Shown here in pieces: positions 28,531 to 37,911 of a DNA stretch of 64,000 nt (its first letter is position 1; every line of letters begins with the position of its first letter). The position numbers were made by a program, and so were the translations under genes. A model generated the notes under the pieces. That model searched no databases and was not told where the DNA came from. It saw only the letters and a list, made by a program, of their open reading frames with translations. The stretch is from a virus, in the IMG/VR virus record IMGVR_UViG_3300045988_184146; one strand, 5' to 3'.

Positions 28531-30336
28531 ATGGTAGTAAAAAGTAATTCTATTTCAACAGAACGAGAATCGGAACCGGTTCGTTGGGAAAGAATTGATA
28601 AAATCAAATCCTTAATTAAGGGCAAAAAAATCACAGTATCTGAAGATAATATAGATTTTTTACTTAAATTACTAAAAGGATTCACTTCCCCTTGGTATCC
28701 AAGCGAAAATTCACTAGATGGAGTTTATTTTAGCAAATTCCAAATTTGGTATAGTTTCTTAGAAGATAAGATTATTTTAATCAAAGGTGAAAGGTTGGAT
28801 GATATTCAACATCAGAACGTTTTGGATAAAGATGTCCTATATTTAGGTATTTTCAATCTAAATCAGTCGAGAAAATCTAAAAAACTTGTAGAGTGTTATT
28901 CATTAATCGAATATAATGATTCTTGGGGTATGAAAAAGAAGGGGATTCAATTAACCGATGAGGATTCAGCTAAGAAATTTATCGTTGAATACTTGACAAA
29001 AAGAGTTCGTGAAAAACTTAAATTAGTTTGCGAACGACTGGTTTTAAAAGATGAAACTTTTCTTCATAGTGGTGTTCTAGGTACTGAAGGTTTACTTACA
29101 TCACCTAAAAGAGATATTAAATTTATTTTCAATACACCTTTATCGTTACTAAAAAAGAAGGAACGAGAATGGATGTATAGATATTTATTTTTTGAAACAG
29201 CCGATCCGTTAAAATCAACCTCCAACTATGACGGAGAATTAAAGGTTGTTGAATCTGAGTCTTGGGATTATCTGTCAACTTTTCGTGAAGAATTTAACCA
29301 ATATTTATCGGATATTAAAACTGATATCGTTAATATGTTTGTTCAAGCAAATAGTTACACAGGCTTAAAAACTATGTCTACACGAAGTGAACTTCTAGGA
29401 CTTCTCTGTAATTGGTTTAGAAAATATTTCTTTACTGAAGAAGCTGGTGTTTTCTACCTAAAGGATTCTAGTGTATGTTGCGAAAATCTTTATTTCGAAG
29501 ATAGCAAGTACTATTCTAATCAAATTGCTTTTATTGAATTATTAGGAGAGATAGCTAGATCTTCATTTAATAGTAATGCAGAAAATGTTGTTTTAGGATT
29601 AGCGGAAATTACAGGTGAACTTGCAGGTGGACGATTTATGAACTCGGCTATGAGTACTTTAAATTTGTCAACATCATTCTTTTTCTCTACAGGAACGAAA
29701 GGAAAATTTGTTCAGCTTTTATTCAGTAAGCTACTTGAATCCTCAACAAAAGATTTTAACAAAAAAGAACTTGAAAGTTTGGTTTATGATTTTCAAAATG
29801 GTATTACCATTGGTAAGGTTGGGCGAGGCTCTGTATTTCTTGGCGACGCATACAATAAAAAGTTGATTTTGGAAGAGCTGGACTCATTCATCAAGAATAA
29901 AGAACTCGATAAATTAAGAGAATTTAACCTCGACATTGATTTGGTGTATAACCTTACAAGTAAAAATAATTCTATTACGTTTGGTTACTCAACTGTGGAT
30001 CTTGCGATTTTAAAATCCATATCCAATAATATTCCGGTTAAGATAGGTGGTTCTCTTTTTATAAGGCTTGAGTTTGAAACAATCCTTAAATTGTTAATTG
30101 ACGAAGTTGATTTTAATTATCAATCTACTATGGATCACATCAAAATAATCAAAGAAATTAAAGATAATAATCCTGGAAAAGTAAAAGTGATTCTTGAAAA
30201 TTCAGAACCAGAATTGTTTTCAAAACAAATTGATTATTTAAGGGTTGGAATTGAGAATGGAATTTATGACGAATTTGAAAAGCCTAAAATTTTACTTGAA
30301 TTTATCAACCTAATTTTAGAATTGATGAAAAACTGA
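28531..30336 (+). CDS. hypothetical protein (601 aa), paralogue of 31098..32837
   Basis: shared internal motifs and C-terminal G(I/L)YDEFE(K/S). Confidence 0.8.
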   Translation: MVVKSNSISTERESEPVRWERIDKIKSLIKGKKITVSEDNIDFLLKLLKGFTSPWYPSENSLDGVYFSKFQIWYSFLEDKIILIKGERLDDIQHQNVLDKDVLYLGIFNLNQSRKSKKLVECYSLIEYNDSWGMKKKGIQLTDEDSAKKFIVEYLTKRVREKLKLVCERLVLKDETFLHSGVLGTEGLLTSPKRDIKFIFNTPLSLLKKKEREWMYRYLFFETADPLKSTSNYDGELKVVESESWDYLSTFREEFNQYLSDIKTDIVNMFVQANSYTGLKTMSTRSELLGLLCNWFRKYFFTEEAGVFYLKDSSVCCENLYFEDSKYYSNQIAFIELLGEIARSSFNSNAENVVLGLAEITGELAGGRFMNSAMSTLNLSTSFFFSTGTKGKFVQLLFSKLLESSTKDFNKKELESLVYDFQNGITIGKVGRGSVFLGDAYNKKLILEELDSFIKNKELDKLREFNLDIDLVYNLTSKNNSITFGYSTVDLAILKSISNNIPVKIGGSLFIRLEFETILKLLIDEVDFNYQSTMDHIKIIKEIKDNNPGKVKVILENSEPELFSKQIDYLRVGIENGIYDEFEKPKILLEFINLILELMKN

Positions 30337-30411
30337 GGGGGTATCATTCCTCCTCTTTTATAATTTAAGAAATAAAAAAATCTGAATTTATTTCAGTAGA
30401 AAGAGGGAAAA

Positions 30412-30957
30412 ATGGTTTTAAACACAAAAACAGAAGAATCTTCTCAGTTTGAACAGATGAAGCAAATAAAAGATATCATCCAAAAAGGAGAATATCCACT
30501 TTCAGAACAATTTATGGATGTTGTTAGGTTATCTATTAAGAAGCTAAACAAATATCCTTATGTTCGTGTTGAAGCTGGATCTGTAGGTGAATTGAAGTTG
30601 CCTGTTTTTATTATTTATTACTTCTGTGAAACAAACACATTTGAAATTTTTTCAAAATATGAAATCGATTATCTTCCGAGTTTTACCGAAGATTTGTGTG
30701 TGAATCAGCCTATTTTATTGGGTGAATTACATTTAAACGCAAGTCGTGATACTAGACAGTTTAGGGCAATTTTTGGAAAAAGCCTGCTAAGTGGATCAGA
30801 AAATCGAAAATTAGAAGTCAACGATTATTATCTTGATAGATTTATAAATTACAAATTCAAAAGTTTTATTAAGAAAAAATTGTTGTCAATTTATCAAGAT
30901 TTTTTGAATAAGGGTGATTTTCCGAGTATTATTACATCGGAAAATCTTGACTACTGA
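30412..30957 (+). CDS. hypothetical protein (181 aa)
   Basis: module upstream, terminator AGAAGAGUU..AACUCUUCU downstream. Confidence 0.75.
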   Translation: MVLNTKTEESSQFEQMKQIKDIIQKGEYPLSEQFMDVVRLSIKKLNKYPYVRVEAGSVGELKLPVFIIYYFCETNTFEIFSKYEIDYLPSFTEDLCVNQPILLGELHLNASRDTRQFRAIFGKSLLSGSENRKLEVNDYYLDRFINYKFKSFIKKKLLSIYQDFLNKGDFPSIITSENLDY

Positions 30958-31097
30958 TGAGTTTCCAGATATTATTACTCGATAATAAAAAAGAAGAGTT
31001 CAAACTCTTCTTTTTTTATTAAAGATTTTATTCTCTAATCTGTTATAATTTAAGAGAATAAAAATAAAACTATTTAAATAGAAAGAAGGAAAACAAA

Positions 31098-32837
31098 ATG
31101 ATTAAAACATCAGGTTCCAGCAAGATGGAGACTATTAAAAAGATTAAGAATGCTTTTGAGCGTGTATCCAAATCTGACTTCAAATTCAGCAAAGAAAATG
31201 TCAAGGATCTATGCTTGGCAATCTATAGCTTCGAAGATGATGGTACATACCTTAACAAAGAGGAGGGATCTTTAAAAACTTTAATTTTTAAAAAGATCGA
31301 CGTTTGGTACTTATTCGACACAGAAGAGTTTCTCTTCAAGATGAGTGGCATTCCACGCCAAAAACTAGAGCAACAAGCTATCAAGATCGGAACTATCAAC
31401 TTTAACAAAAACAAGGGTTCATCATTGTTGAAGGACGCTTTCGGTTTATCTTTGTATAAAAATAAATTTGGATCAATTGATCCAAAAATTGAAGACAAAG
31501 ACATCCTGAAAAAGTTTGTTGAGAGCGCAGCTAAGAAATTTGTTGTAAAAAATCTGAAAGAACTTTATCGACAATTGTTAGAATACGAATCAACCTACTC
31601 TAATAACTTCTTAGATAAACCAACTGAACACTGGGTTCGTTCAGGTAATTTTCCAGTCCCGCTTTGTCTTTTAAGTGAAACTGAACGAGATGAAGCCCTC
31701 AAAACTCTAATCTTCACTGAATCTACTTCAGAAAAGTGGACACACGCCTTAAAATTATCAGTAGATGGTTTTGAAATAATGAATCAGAATCTTCTCTCAT
31801 ACACAAAACCTTTTGAAGAATATGTCAAATCTTTTGTGAAGAAAGAACAGGATAACTTTGTTGACAATTTAATTCCTGAAATTGATTCAACAGATAAATA
31901 CAACAACTCGAAGTTGAGATTGAACTATATTTCTAAATATTTGTATAGTTTGTATACAAAAGAAGATCTTTACGATAGCTTCGATGATGAAGAAAAGTTG
32001 AATCAAAAATTGGAATCTCTTGGTATGCAATTTGAAGAGATCTTAGAAGATACCGACAATTTCATTCTTTATTTATTCAAGGAACTGTCAAAGCGTAGCC
32101 CAGGTTACGGTATGAAGTTTTTATTATACATCCTAGATGATGGTTATTATCATCTATCAAGCCATATATCTAAACATTCTAGAGTTGGTTATGGTTACGG
32201 TTATAATAATAAAGATTCGCAAATAAAATCTGCGTTTAACAAGATTTCTAATCACGTGCTAGATTTTATTGAAGCTAAAATTGACAGTCGTGATGATCTC
32301 CTATCAGAATATGTTGCGTTTGAAGAAAGTTACGCTTCAAAAAAGAAAGAGCGACACTACTACGGATCTAGAGCTTTTGATCCCAGTGATTTATTTGTTA
32401 TCAAAATTAAATCAAGATACAAGGACGAGTCTTTGAAGGTTGTGAGTAGCTTCAAGGTTGAAAAGAAATTGAAGTACGAATCAACAATTCTTATCAAGAA
32501 ATTTGATGATTATGAAAAACGCATACTTCAGATGATTAATTTTGGTAAGGAATTGTCCTTTTCAGAACCTGTAATTTTTGGATTCAAATTTGAAGATTTG
32601 ATAAATCTAATTACTGTAAAAGTCGACGAAACTGATGATCGTGTTAAATTATTCGAACATCTTCTGGATCAATATAAGGATAATCTGACTGTTCTAATTC
32701 CAGATGGTGAAACATCTGAACAGTTTAAGAAGAAGATTGGCTTATTCAGCGAAAGTATCGATTCTGGTCTGTACGACGAGTTTGAATCAATTTCAGTTTT
32801 GAAGACAATCCTAAAAATCTATCTTGCAAAAATCTAA
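31098..32837 (+). CDS. hypothetical protein (579 aa), paralogue of 28531..30336
   Basis: module with hairpin CTATTTAAATAG; bidirectional terminator at 32840..32866. Confidence 0.8.
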   Translation: MIKTSGSSKMETIKKIKNAFERVSKSDFKFSKENVKDLCLAIYSFEDDGTYLNKEEGSLKTLIFKKIDVWYLFDTEEFLFKMSGIPRQKLEQQAIKIGTINFNKNKGSSLLKDAFGLSLYKNKFGSIDPKIEDKDILKKFVESAAKKFVVKNLKELYRQLLEYESTYSNNFLDKPTEHWVRSGNFPVPLCLLSETERDEALKTLIFTESTSEKWTHALKLSVDGFEIMNQNLLSYTKPFEEYVKSFVKKEQDNFVDNLIPEIDSTDKYNNSKLRLNYISKYLYSLYTKEDLYDSFDDEEKLNQKLESLGMQFEEILEDTDNFILYLFKELSKRSPGYGMKFLLYILDDGYYHLSSHISKHSRVGYGYGYNNKDSQIKSAFNKISNHVLDFIEAKIDSRDDLLSEYVAFEESYASKKKERHYYGSRAFDPSDLFVIKIKSRYKDESLKVVSSFKVEKKLKYESTILIKKFDDYEKRILQMINFGKELSFSEPVIFGFKFEDLINLITVKVDETDDRVKLFEHLLDQYKDNLTVLIPDGETSEQFKKKIGLFSESIDSGLYDEFESISVLKTILKIYLAKI

Positions 32838-32866
32838 AACAAAAAAGAGGCTTTAAAACCTCTTTT

Positions 32867-34108
32867 TTAATTTTCGTGAATTTTACTAAAATTACCCGAA
32901 GTTTCAGCAAGATTCTCGTTGATCTTTTTCAAAGATTTCACTAAAAACTCATTTCCCTGTTCGGACAACTGTTTGTTAAATAGAACCAAAATTTTTAATG
33001 CAATATTAAACTCAATATATTCTGTATTAAATCTAGAGAGATCTGATTCAAACGTTGATTTTCCAAGATCTCCTCTATCTAACCTTTTTTGTAATGAACT
33101 TTGATAATTTTTTAGATACTCAGAGTGTCTCTCCATTTTATTAATTAAAATTTCAAGATCAACTATTTCAAGTCTTTTTTCTTCTACAAGTTTTTCAAAA
33201 TCCATTTTAAAAATTTCATCCTTAAAATTTTCAAAATAATCCTTGTTAAATTTTGGAGTAACTTTTAGTTTTAAATTTGGATCTTCGAATAACTTGATAA
33301 AATCATCGCCTAATTCATTAGCGATTGAAATTAAATCTGCAACAGATATTTCGTTGTATTCTAATAATAAGTTTTTGTAAAAGTTTAACAGGCTAAATTC
33401 AGGAATTTTCTTTGAAATTGAAAATAGAAGATTCTTTCTACCAAGTGGGTTTGTTAAATTTTTAAATAAAAATAATAACTTATCTTCACTATTTATAAAG
33501 TTTAAGAAAAAATCCTTTAATCGTGTGGTAAACCAACCTTTTTCAAGTGAAATTATTGCATACTTAGTTTCACCTTTGAAAAACACATCAAACACAAAAT
33601 CCTTGAGTTCAACTTCAAAGTCACTGTTTGTGTTTGAAAACTTGTATCGTCTCAAAGCTGTCCTAAAGTTCCTTTCCTCCAAATCTAAATTAAAGTTCTT
33701 CGAATCATAATATTTGTGATATTTGAAAATTAATTGATAAAAGTCATCACAAGAAAAAATTCCAAACTTTCCCTCTGAGAACCTCGTTAATAAAAGATTC
33801 CTAATTAGTTCTGCGGTTAATACGTCCGGAATCTCATACCCGTATTTTTCTTCATCAAAAAGTACAACAAACTTATCACTTGGAAGAGCTCCTCCATTTG
33901 ATAAAAGATAAAATTTATTGTTATCTAAGCAGAATACTACTTTTTGAATATTCTTTGCTTTGAATTTGATAAATTCATCATCAAACACTTCACGATCCGG
34001 AAGATTTAAAAACTGTTCTCCAGAATCGACGTAGGAATCAATAGACTCCAATACTTTCTGTTCTAATCTCAGCAGAAGACTGTCATTATTGGTTTTGATC
34101 ATAAACAA
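32867..34108 (-). CDS. hypothetical protein (413 aa), same family as 25292..26587
   Basis: N-terminal domain alignable with 25292 and 36106 products. Confidence 0.8.
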   Translation of the reverse strand: MFMIKTNNDSLLLRLEQKVLESIDSYVDSGEQFLNLPDREVFDDEFIKFKAKNIQKVVFCLDNNKFYLLSNGGALPSDKFVVLFDEEKYGYEIPDVLTAELIRNLLLTRFSEGKFGIFSCDDFYQLIFKYHKYYDSKNFNLDLEERNFRTALRRYKFSNTNSDFEVELKDFVFDVFFKGETKYAIISLEKGWFTTRLKDFFLNFINSEDKLLFLFKNLTNPLGRKNLLFSISKKIPEFSLLNFYKNLLLEYNEISVADLISIANELGDDFIKLFEDPNLKLKVTPKFNKDYFENFKDEIFKMDFEKLVEEKRLEIVDLEILINKMERHSEYLKNYQSSLQKRLDRGDLGKSTFESDLSRFNTEYIEFNIALKILVLFNKQLSEQGNEFLVKSLKKINENLAETSGNFSKIHEN

Positions 34109-34193
34109 TCCTTCTTTCTTTTATTTTTTTTAAAAATTATACCAAAAATAAAAATTGGAAGTTCTACTAAACCTCCAATTTTCTTATAAATAA

Positions 34194-34508
34194 TTATTCG
34201 ATATTGTTATCTGACAATAATTTTTTGAAATTTTCTTTATCAAAATTAAATAGACTACTCCACTCTTTTTCTAGGTATTCGAAAATCCAATCCCCAAAAG
34301 TTGATTTCCCTAAACTCTGAAGAAATTCCAGGAGCTTATTTTCATCTGTTACAAAATCAGATAAAACTTTTGAAAAGTCTGAGTTTGAGTTTTTATTCAA
34401 AGTCTGAGAGTATGGTTTGGATTTCAGGTGTTTCACAACAAGGCTATCAGAACCTTTGAACAGTAGATTATAAACGAAATTTTGCAAGCTAAGTTTGTAA
34501 TCACTATC
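34194..34508 (-). pseudogene. C-terminal gene remnant (open from the IS copy-2 right-end boundary; internal TTG/97-aa ORF 34194..34487)
   Basis: frame opens at a stop right after the IS boundary; contains LGKSTF segment resembling the C-terminal region of 32867..34108 product. Confidence 0.4.
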
Positions 34509-34531
34509 TTACTTTGAAAGTTCGTAAAATC

Positions 34532-36096
34532 TATAGGTTTAAATGGTTCATACAAATGTATCATTTATTATCATCTGTATCATTTAATTCTTAACATTCC
34601 ACAACAATATTTAAATTATTGTTTTTGCTAAAGGCGCCCCACAACACCTCTATAAGCCCTCTTTGGTAAATACCAAATACAGGTTTACGTGTATTTTTTT
34701 ATTAGCTTTTTATTAGACAAGATATTACAACAGTTCAAACTTCTCGTATGGAATGACACCTTATCTCTTTTTAAACTGATACCTAAATTATTCAGGCCTT
34801 TAACCAGGATATTGTAGGAACCGTTAACATCAGCATTAATTAGTTTTCCGCTTTTAGTTTTATACAAACCTCTTTTTACACGCACCCCTGAAAACTGATA
34901 CTTTTTGCCATCATTTTTCCAAACCGGAATTACATCAGAGTCTATAAAGCTAGCTTTGGATGTGTAAGATTCCTCCTGTTCTACAACTTCTATTCCTAGC
35001 AACTGACACTTGTACTTAAGCTGAGAAATGAATTTGTTATAGGGAATTTGAACAAAATTTTGATTTCCTTTTTTACCAATGGAGATACCGGACTTCAAAC
35101 CTACGTTTTTACCAACAAAAACCTTTTCAAGTGACATCTCGTCGAAAAATTCTGCTAAAAATCCTGTAATTTTATGAAATTCTGATTGCAATTTCATCTC
35201 ACGATTTCTAAAAAGACGGTGGATGTGCTTACTTGTTTTTTGATTTTTTGGTAATTTTGATTGTGATTTTGCTATTAAACGATTGTATCCTTGATTGATG
35301 TATTTAACTTTCAAGCCCTTTACTAAAAGTGGGTTTGTTCCATCAGAAAATGTAACAGCAGCTAAATTATCGACTCCGAGGTCAATTGAGGCGTATTTTT
35401 GAGTCCTTTTTAAAGATTTTTCTTTAACATCGTAAATAACATCAATAAAAAAATAACCATTTTGGGGAATTATCTTAACACATTTGGGGTTGTCAACTTT
35501 TGTTGGAATTGAGATCCTCAAATCTCTTGGACATAAGATAAGTTCATTATTTTCACCACGCTTTTTAGCAAAAGTTTGGTTTGTAAACTCAACCACATAC
35601 CTACCTTCTGTCTTGTGTAGATATCCTGGGATCCTCGGCTTATTTGTTATTTTCTTATTTGACTTATCATTATAACCTTTTAAAAGCTGATAATATGAAC
35701 TGATATTACCTCCCAACATTTTTATGATATTAGTTGAAACCTTAGATGGTAATGCTTTCATATCGGTCTGATCTTGTTTTCTAAATTCAGAAACTAATTG
35801 TGACCAGCGTAGTACTGGTTTTTTATTTTCCTTATCAGATTTATTTCGCTCGAATATAGATTGACGAATCTGATACAATCCAGCGTTATAAAGATTTTTA
35901 GATTTAAACGTTAAATCATCACAAATTGAATACAAATTACTACTAGGTTTAATTAAATGTCTTTCTACCTGTCTCATTACTACCCCCTTTTCTAAAATTT
36001 TTTTATTAACTTATTATATCATAAAATATTTAAAATAACAAATTCGACTAAAAATTGAATTAAAAATGTACAAAAATAAATAAAAATATAAATAAC
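34532..36096 (-). mobile_element. IS200/IS605-family tnpA-less TnpB element, copy 2 (inverted relative to copy 1)
   Basis: about 95% identical to copy 1 over its whole length including 5' and 3' non-coding parts. Confidence 0.7.
34685..35977 (-). CDS. tnpB: TnpB (OrfB) protein, copy 2
   Basis: 430 aa, >95% identical to copy 1; ATG start. Confidence 0.9.
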   Translation of the reverse strand: MRQVERHLIKPSSNLYSICDDLTFKSKNLYNAGLYQIRQSIFERNKSDKENKKPVLRWSQLVSEFRKQDQTDMKALPSKVSTNIIKMLGGNISSYYQLLKGYNDKSNKKITNKPRIPGYLHKTEGRYVVEFTNQTFAKKRGENNELILCPRDLRISIPTKVDNPKCVKIIPQNGYFFIDVIYDVKEKSLKRTQKYASIDLGVDNLAAVTFSDGTNPLLVKGLKVKYINQGYNRLIAKSQSKLPKNQKTSKHIHRLFRNREMKLQSEFHKITGFLAEFFDEMSLEKVFVGKNVGLKSGISIGKKGNQNFVQIPYNKFISQLKYKCQLLGIEVVEQEESYTSKASFIDSDVIPVWKNDGKKYQFSGVRVKRGLYKTKSGKLINADVNGSYNILVKGLNNLGISLKRDKVSFHTRSLNCCNILSNKKLIKKYT

Positions 36097-36105
36097 GAAT
36101 TAACC

Positions 36106-36447
36106 TTAAATAATACGATTAACAATAATCTTCGCAAACTCCTCGGCGTTTACTACGATATCAGTCATCTCTTTTTGAAAATCAAGAATAGAATCGTAAA
36201 GAGTTACAAACTGATCGATTGGCAAAAGTTCTCCCGAGTTCACACAGTAGAACTTGTCATTAACAATGCAGAATACAATTTTCGAACTTCTGTGACCCAC
36301 TCCGATTCTCATTTTATCAGGCGGGAATACACCCTTTTCCGGAAAATTAAGGAATTGATCTCCAGATTTTGAATATTGATCTAAAACCTTAAGAACGTGC
36401 TTTTCTAATTCTAAAAGAAAATTATTATTTTTGTTTGTTGCAATCAA
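36106..36447 (-). CDS. short member (N-terminal domain only, 113 aa) of the 25292/32867 family; stop codon 4 nt from IS copy-2 left end
   Basis: aligns to residues about 5-115 of the 413/431-aa paralogues; possibly truncated by the insertion. Confidence 0.6.
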   Translation of the reverse strand: MIATNKNNNFLLELEKHVLKVLDQYSKSGDQFLNFPEKGVFPPDKMRIGVGHRSSKIVFCIVNDKFYCVNSGELLPIDQFVTLYDSILDFQKEMTDIVVNAEEFAKIIVNRII

Positions 36448-36592
36448 ATAAATGGCCCTCTTTCTAAAACTGTAAAAGTTTGTTTTTTTCTAAATTTATA
36501 AAATCGGATGAGAATCCCCCCTCTTTTTGTTGCAAAAAATTCAATTTTTTGATATAATATAAGAAACAAAAATATAGAAAGAAGGAATTAAA

Positions 36593-37150
36593 ATGGTTTT
36601 AAAATCTGAGATTTTATCTCAAGAAAAAGATGTTGTTTTCAAAGAACGTCTGAAAGAACTTCTGGAATTATCTCAGAAAGATGATGTCCTGGATTTAATT
36701 CAGAATTTTAATCGACGTTATTCCACTTGGGAAAAAATTGCGATTAAAGTGATGGAAAAAAATAGAAAAATGATGAAGGACGATCGAACTGAATATTTAT
36801 CTATGTTTATTTTTTTATTCACCTATCACCCAAATAATAAACAAAAATTAAGAATTGAATTGAAGCCGTTCTTTCACAATGGACTTTTATCATCAACTAA
36901 CGGACAAAAGTTAACCGTTTCAAAATTGAAGAGTTCTTCTAACGAGATAGTTTTGGGGGTTCTTCCAATGAGCTTTCCATTATCCAGCGAAAATCATCCA
37001 ATTCTAACTCTTCGGCAGCTTGAATATCTAAAGGAATTTGTTAAAAATAGATTAAAGGATATTTTTGATGAAATTTCAGAAGATTATTTGAATCCAGAGA
37101 ACTCAACAGGGTCAAAAGATATTTTGAAGAAATATATTCCTTATAATTAA
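36593..37150 (+). CDS. hypothetical protein (185 aa)
   Basis: module + SD; its stop codon overlaps TATAAT of the next module. Confidence 0.75.
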   Translation: MVLKSEILSQEKDVVFKERLKELLELSQKDDVLDLIQNFNRRYSTWEKIAIKVMEKNRKMMKDDRTEYLSMFIFLFTYHPNNKQKLRIELKPFFHNGLLSSTNGQKLTVSKLKSSSNEIVLGVLPMSFPLSSENHPILTLRQLEYLKEFVKNRLKDIFDEISEDYLNPENSTGSKDILKKYIPYN

Positions 37151-37192
37151 GGAAAGCAAAAATAATATAGAAAGAAGGGAGGTAATCAAATT

Positions 37193-37819
37193 ATGATTAT
37201 CGAAAACCAAGAAAAGCGTCAAGCTGGTATTGTGGTGATTACCGGAATTTCGGGTTCTGGTAAGACAACTTTATCAAAAATCTTTGATGATGAACACACG
37301 TTGATTTCGTATACCACACGATCCCCACGACCCGGGGAGGTAGACGGAGTTGATTATTATTTTCTTTCAGAAGCTCAAGCAAAAGAACTGTCTGAGTCCA
37401 ACTCGGTTTTTGAGGAAACAAAATTTCAAGAAAATCTTTACGGTGTTACGAAAGATGAGGTTGTATCGAAGACCGATAATTTCACCAATCACGCTGTATT
37501 AGTTGCAGATACGAATTTCTACTCACACGTATTTCAAGATCAGGGTGATCTGTATTACGAGTATGGTGGTTTACGTGTGAAGGTATACCCTGTTATTTTG
37601 AATCTACCTATTGATGTTGCTATCGAGCGTATCAAATCTCGTGGTGGAGACGAAGAACAAATCAACGGTCGTATCGAACGAGTTCAACTCGAACAGGAAC
37701 GGGTATCAACCATTCAAGACTTGTTCTGCTTGCCAGTTTTCAACGTTCTTCCTGACGTGTCACTCGATGGCAACGTCGAACGATTTGTTGAATTTTTGGA
37801 TGAAACGTACAATATCTAA
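37193..37819 (+). CDS. gmk: guanylate kinase
   Basis: P-loop GISGSGKTT and the GMP-binding signature SYTTRSPRPGEVDGVDYYF, about 205 aa. Confidence 0.85.
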   Translation: MIIENQEKRQAGIVVITGISGSGKTTLSKIFDDEHTLISYTTRSPRPGEVDGVDYYFLSEAQAKELSESNSVFEETKFQENLYGVTKDEVVSKTDNFTNHAVLVADTNFYSHVFQDQGDLYYEYGGLRVKVYPVILNLPIDVAIERIKSRGGDEEQINGRIERVQLEQERVSTIQDLFCLPVFNVLPDVSLDGNVERFVEFLDETYNI

Positions 37820-37911
37820 AAAAGAAGAGTGAAATATTCACTCTTCTTTTATAATTTAAGAAAAAAATATTTTACTGAATTATTTTCAGTTAGAAAAGAA
37901 GGAAATTTATA

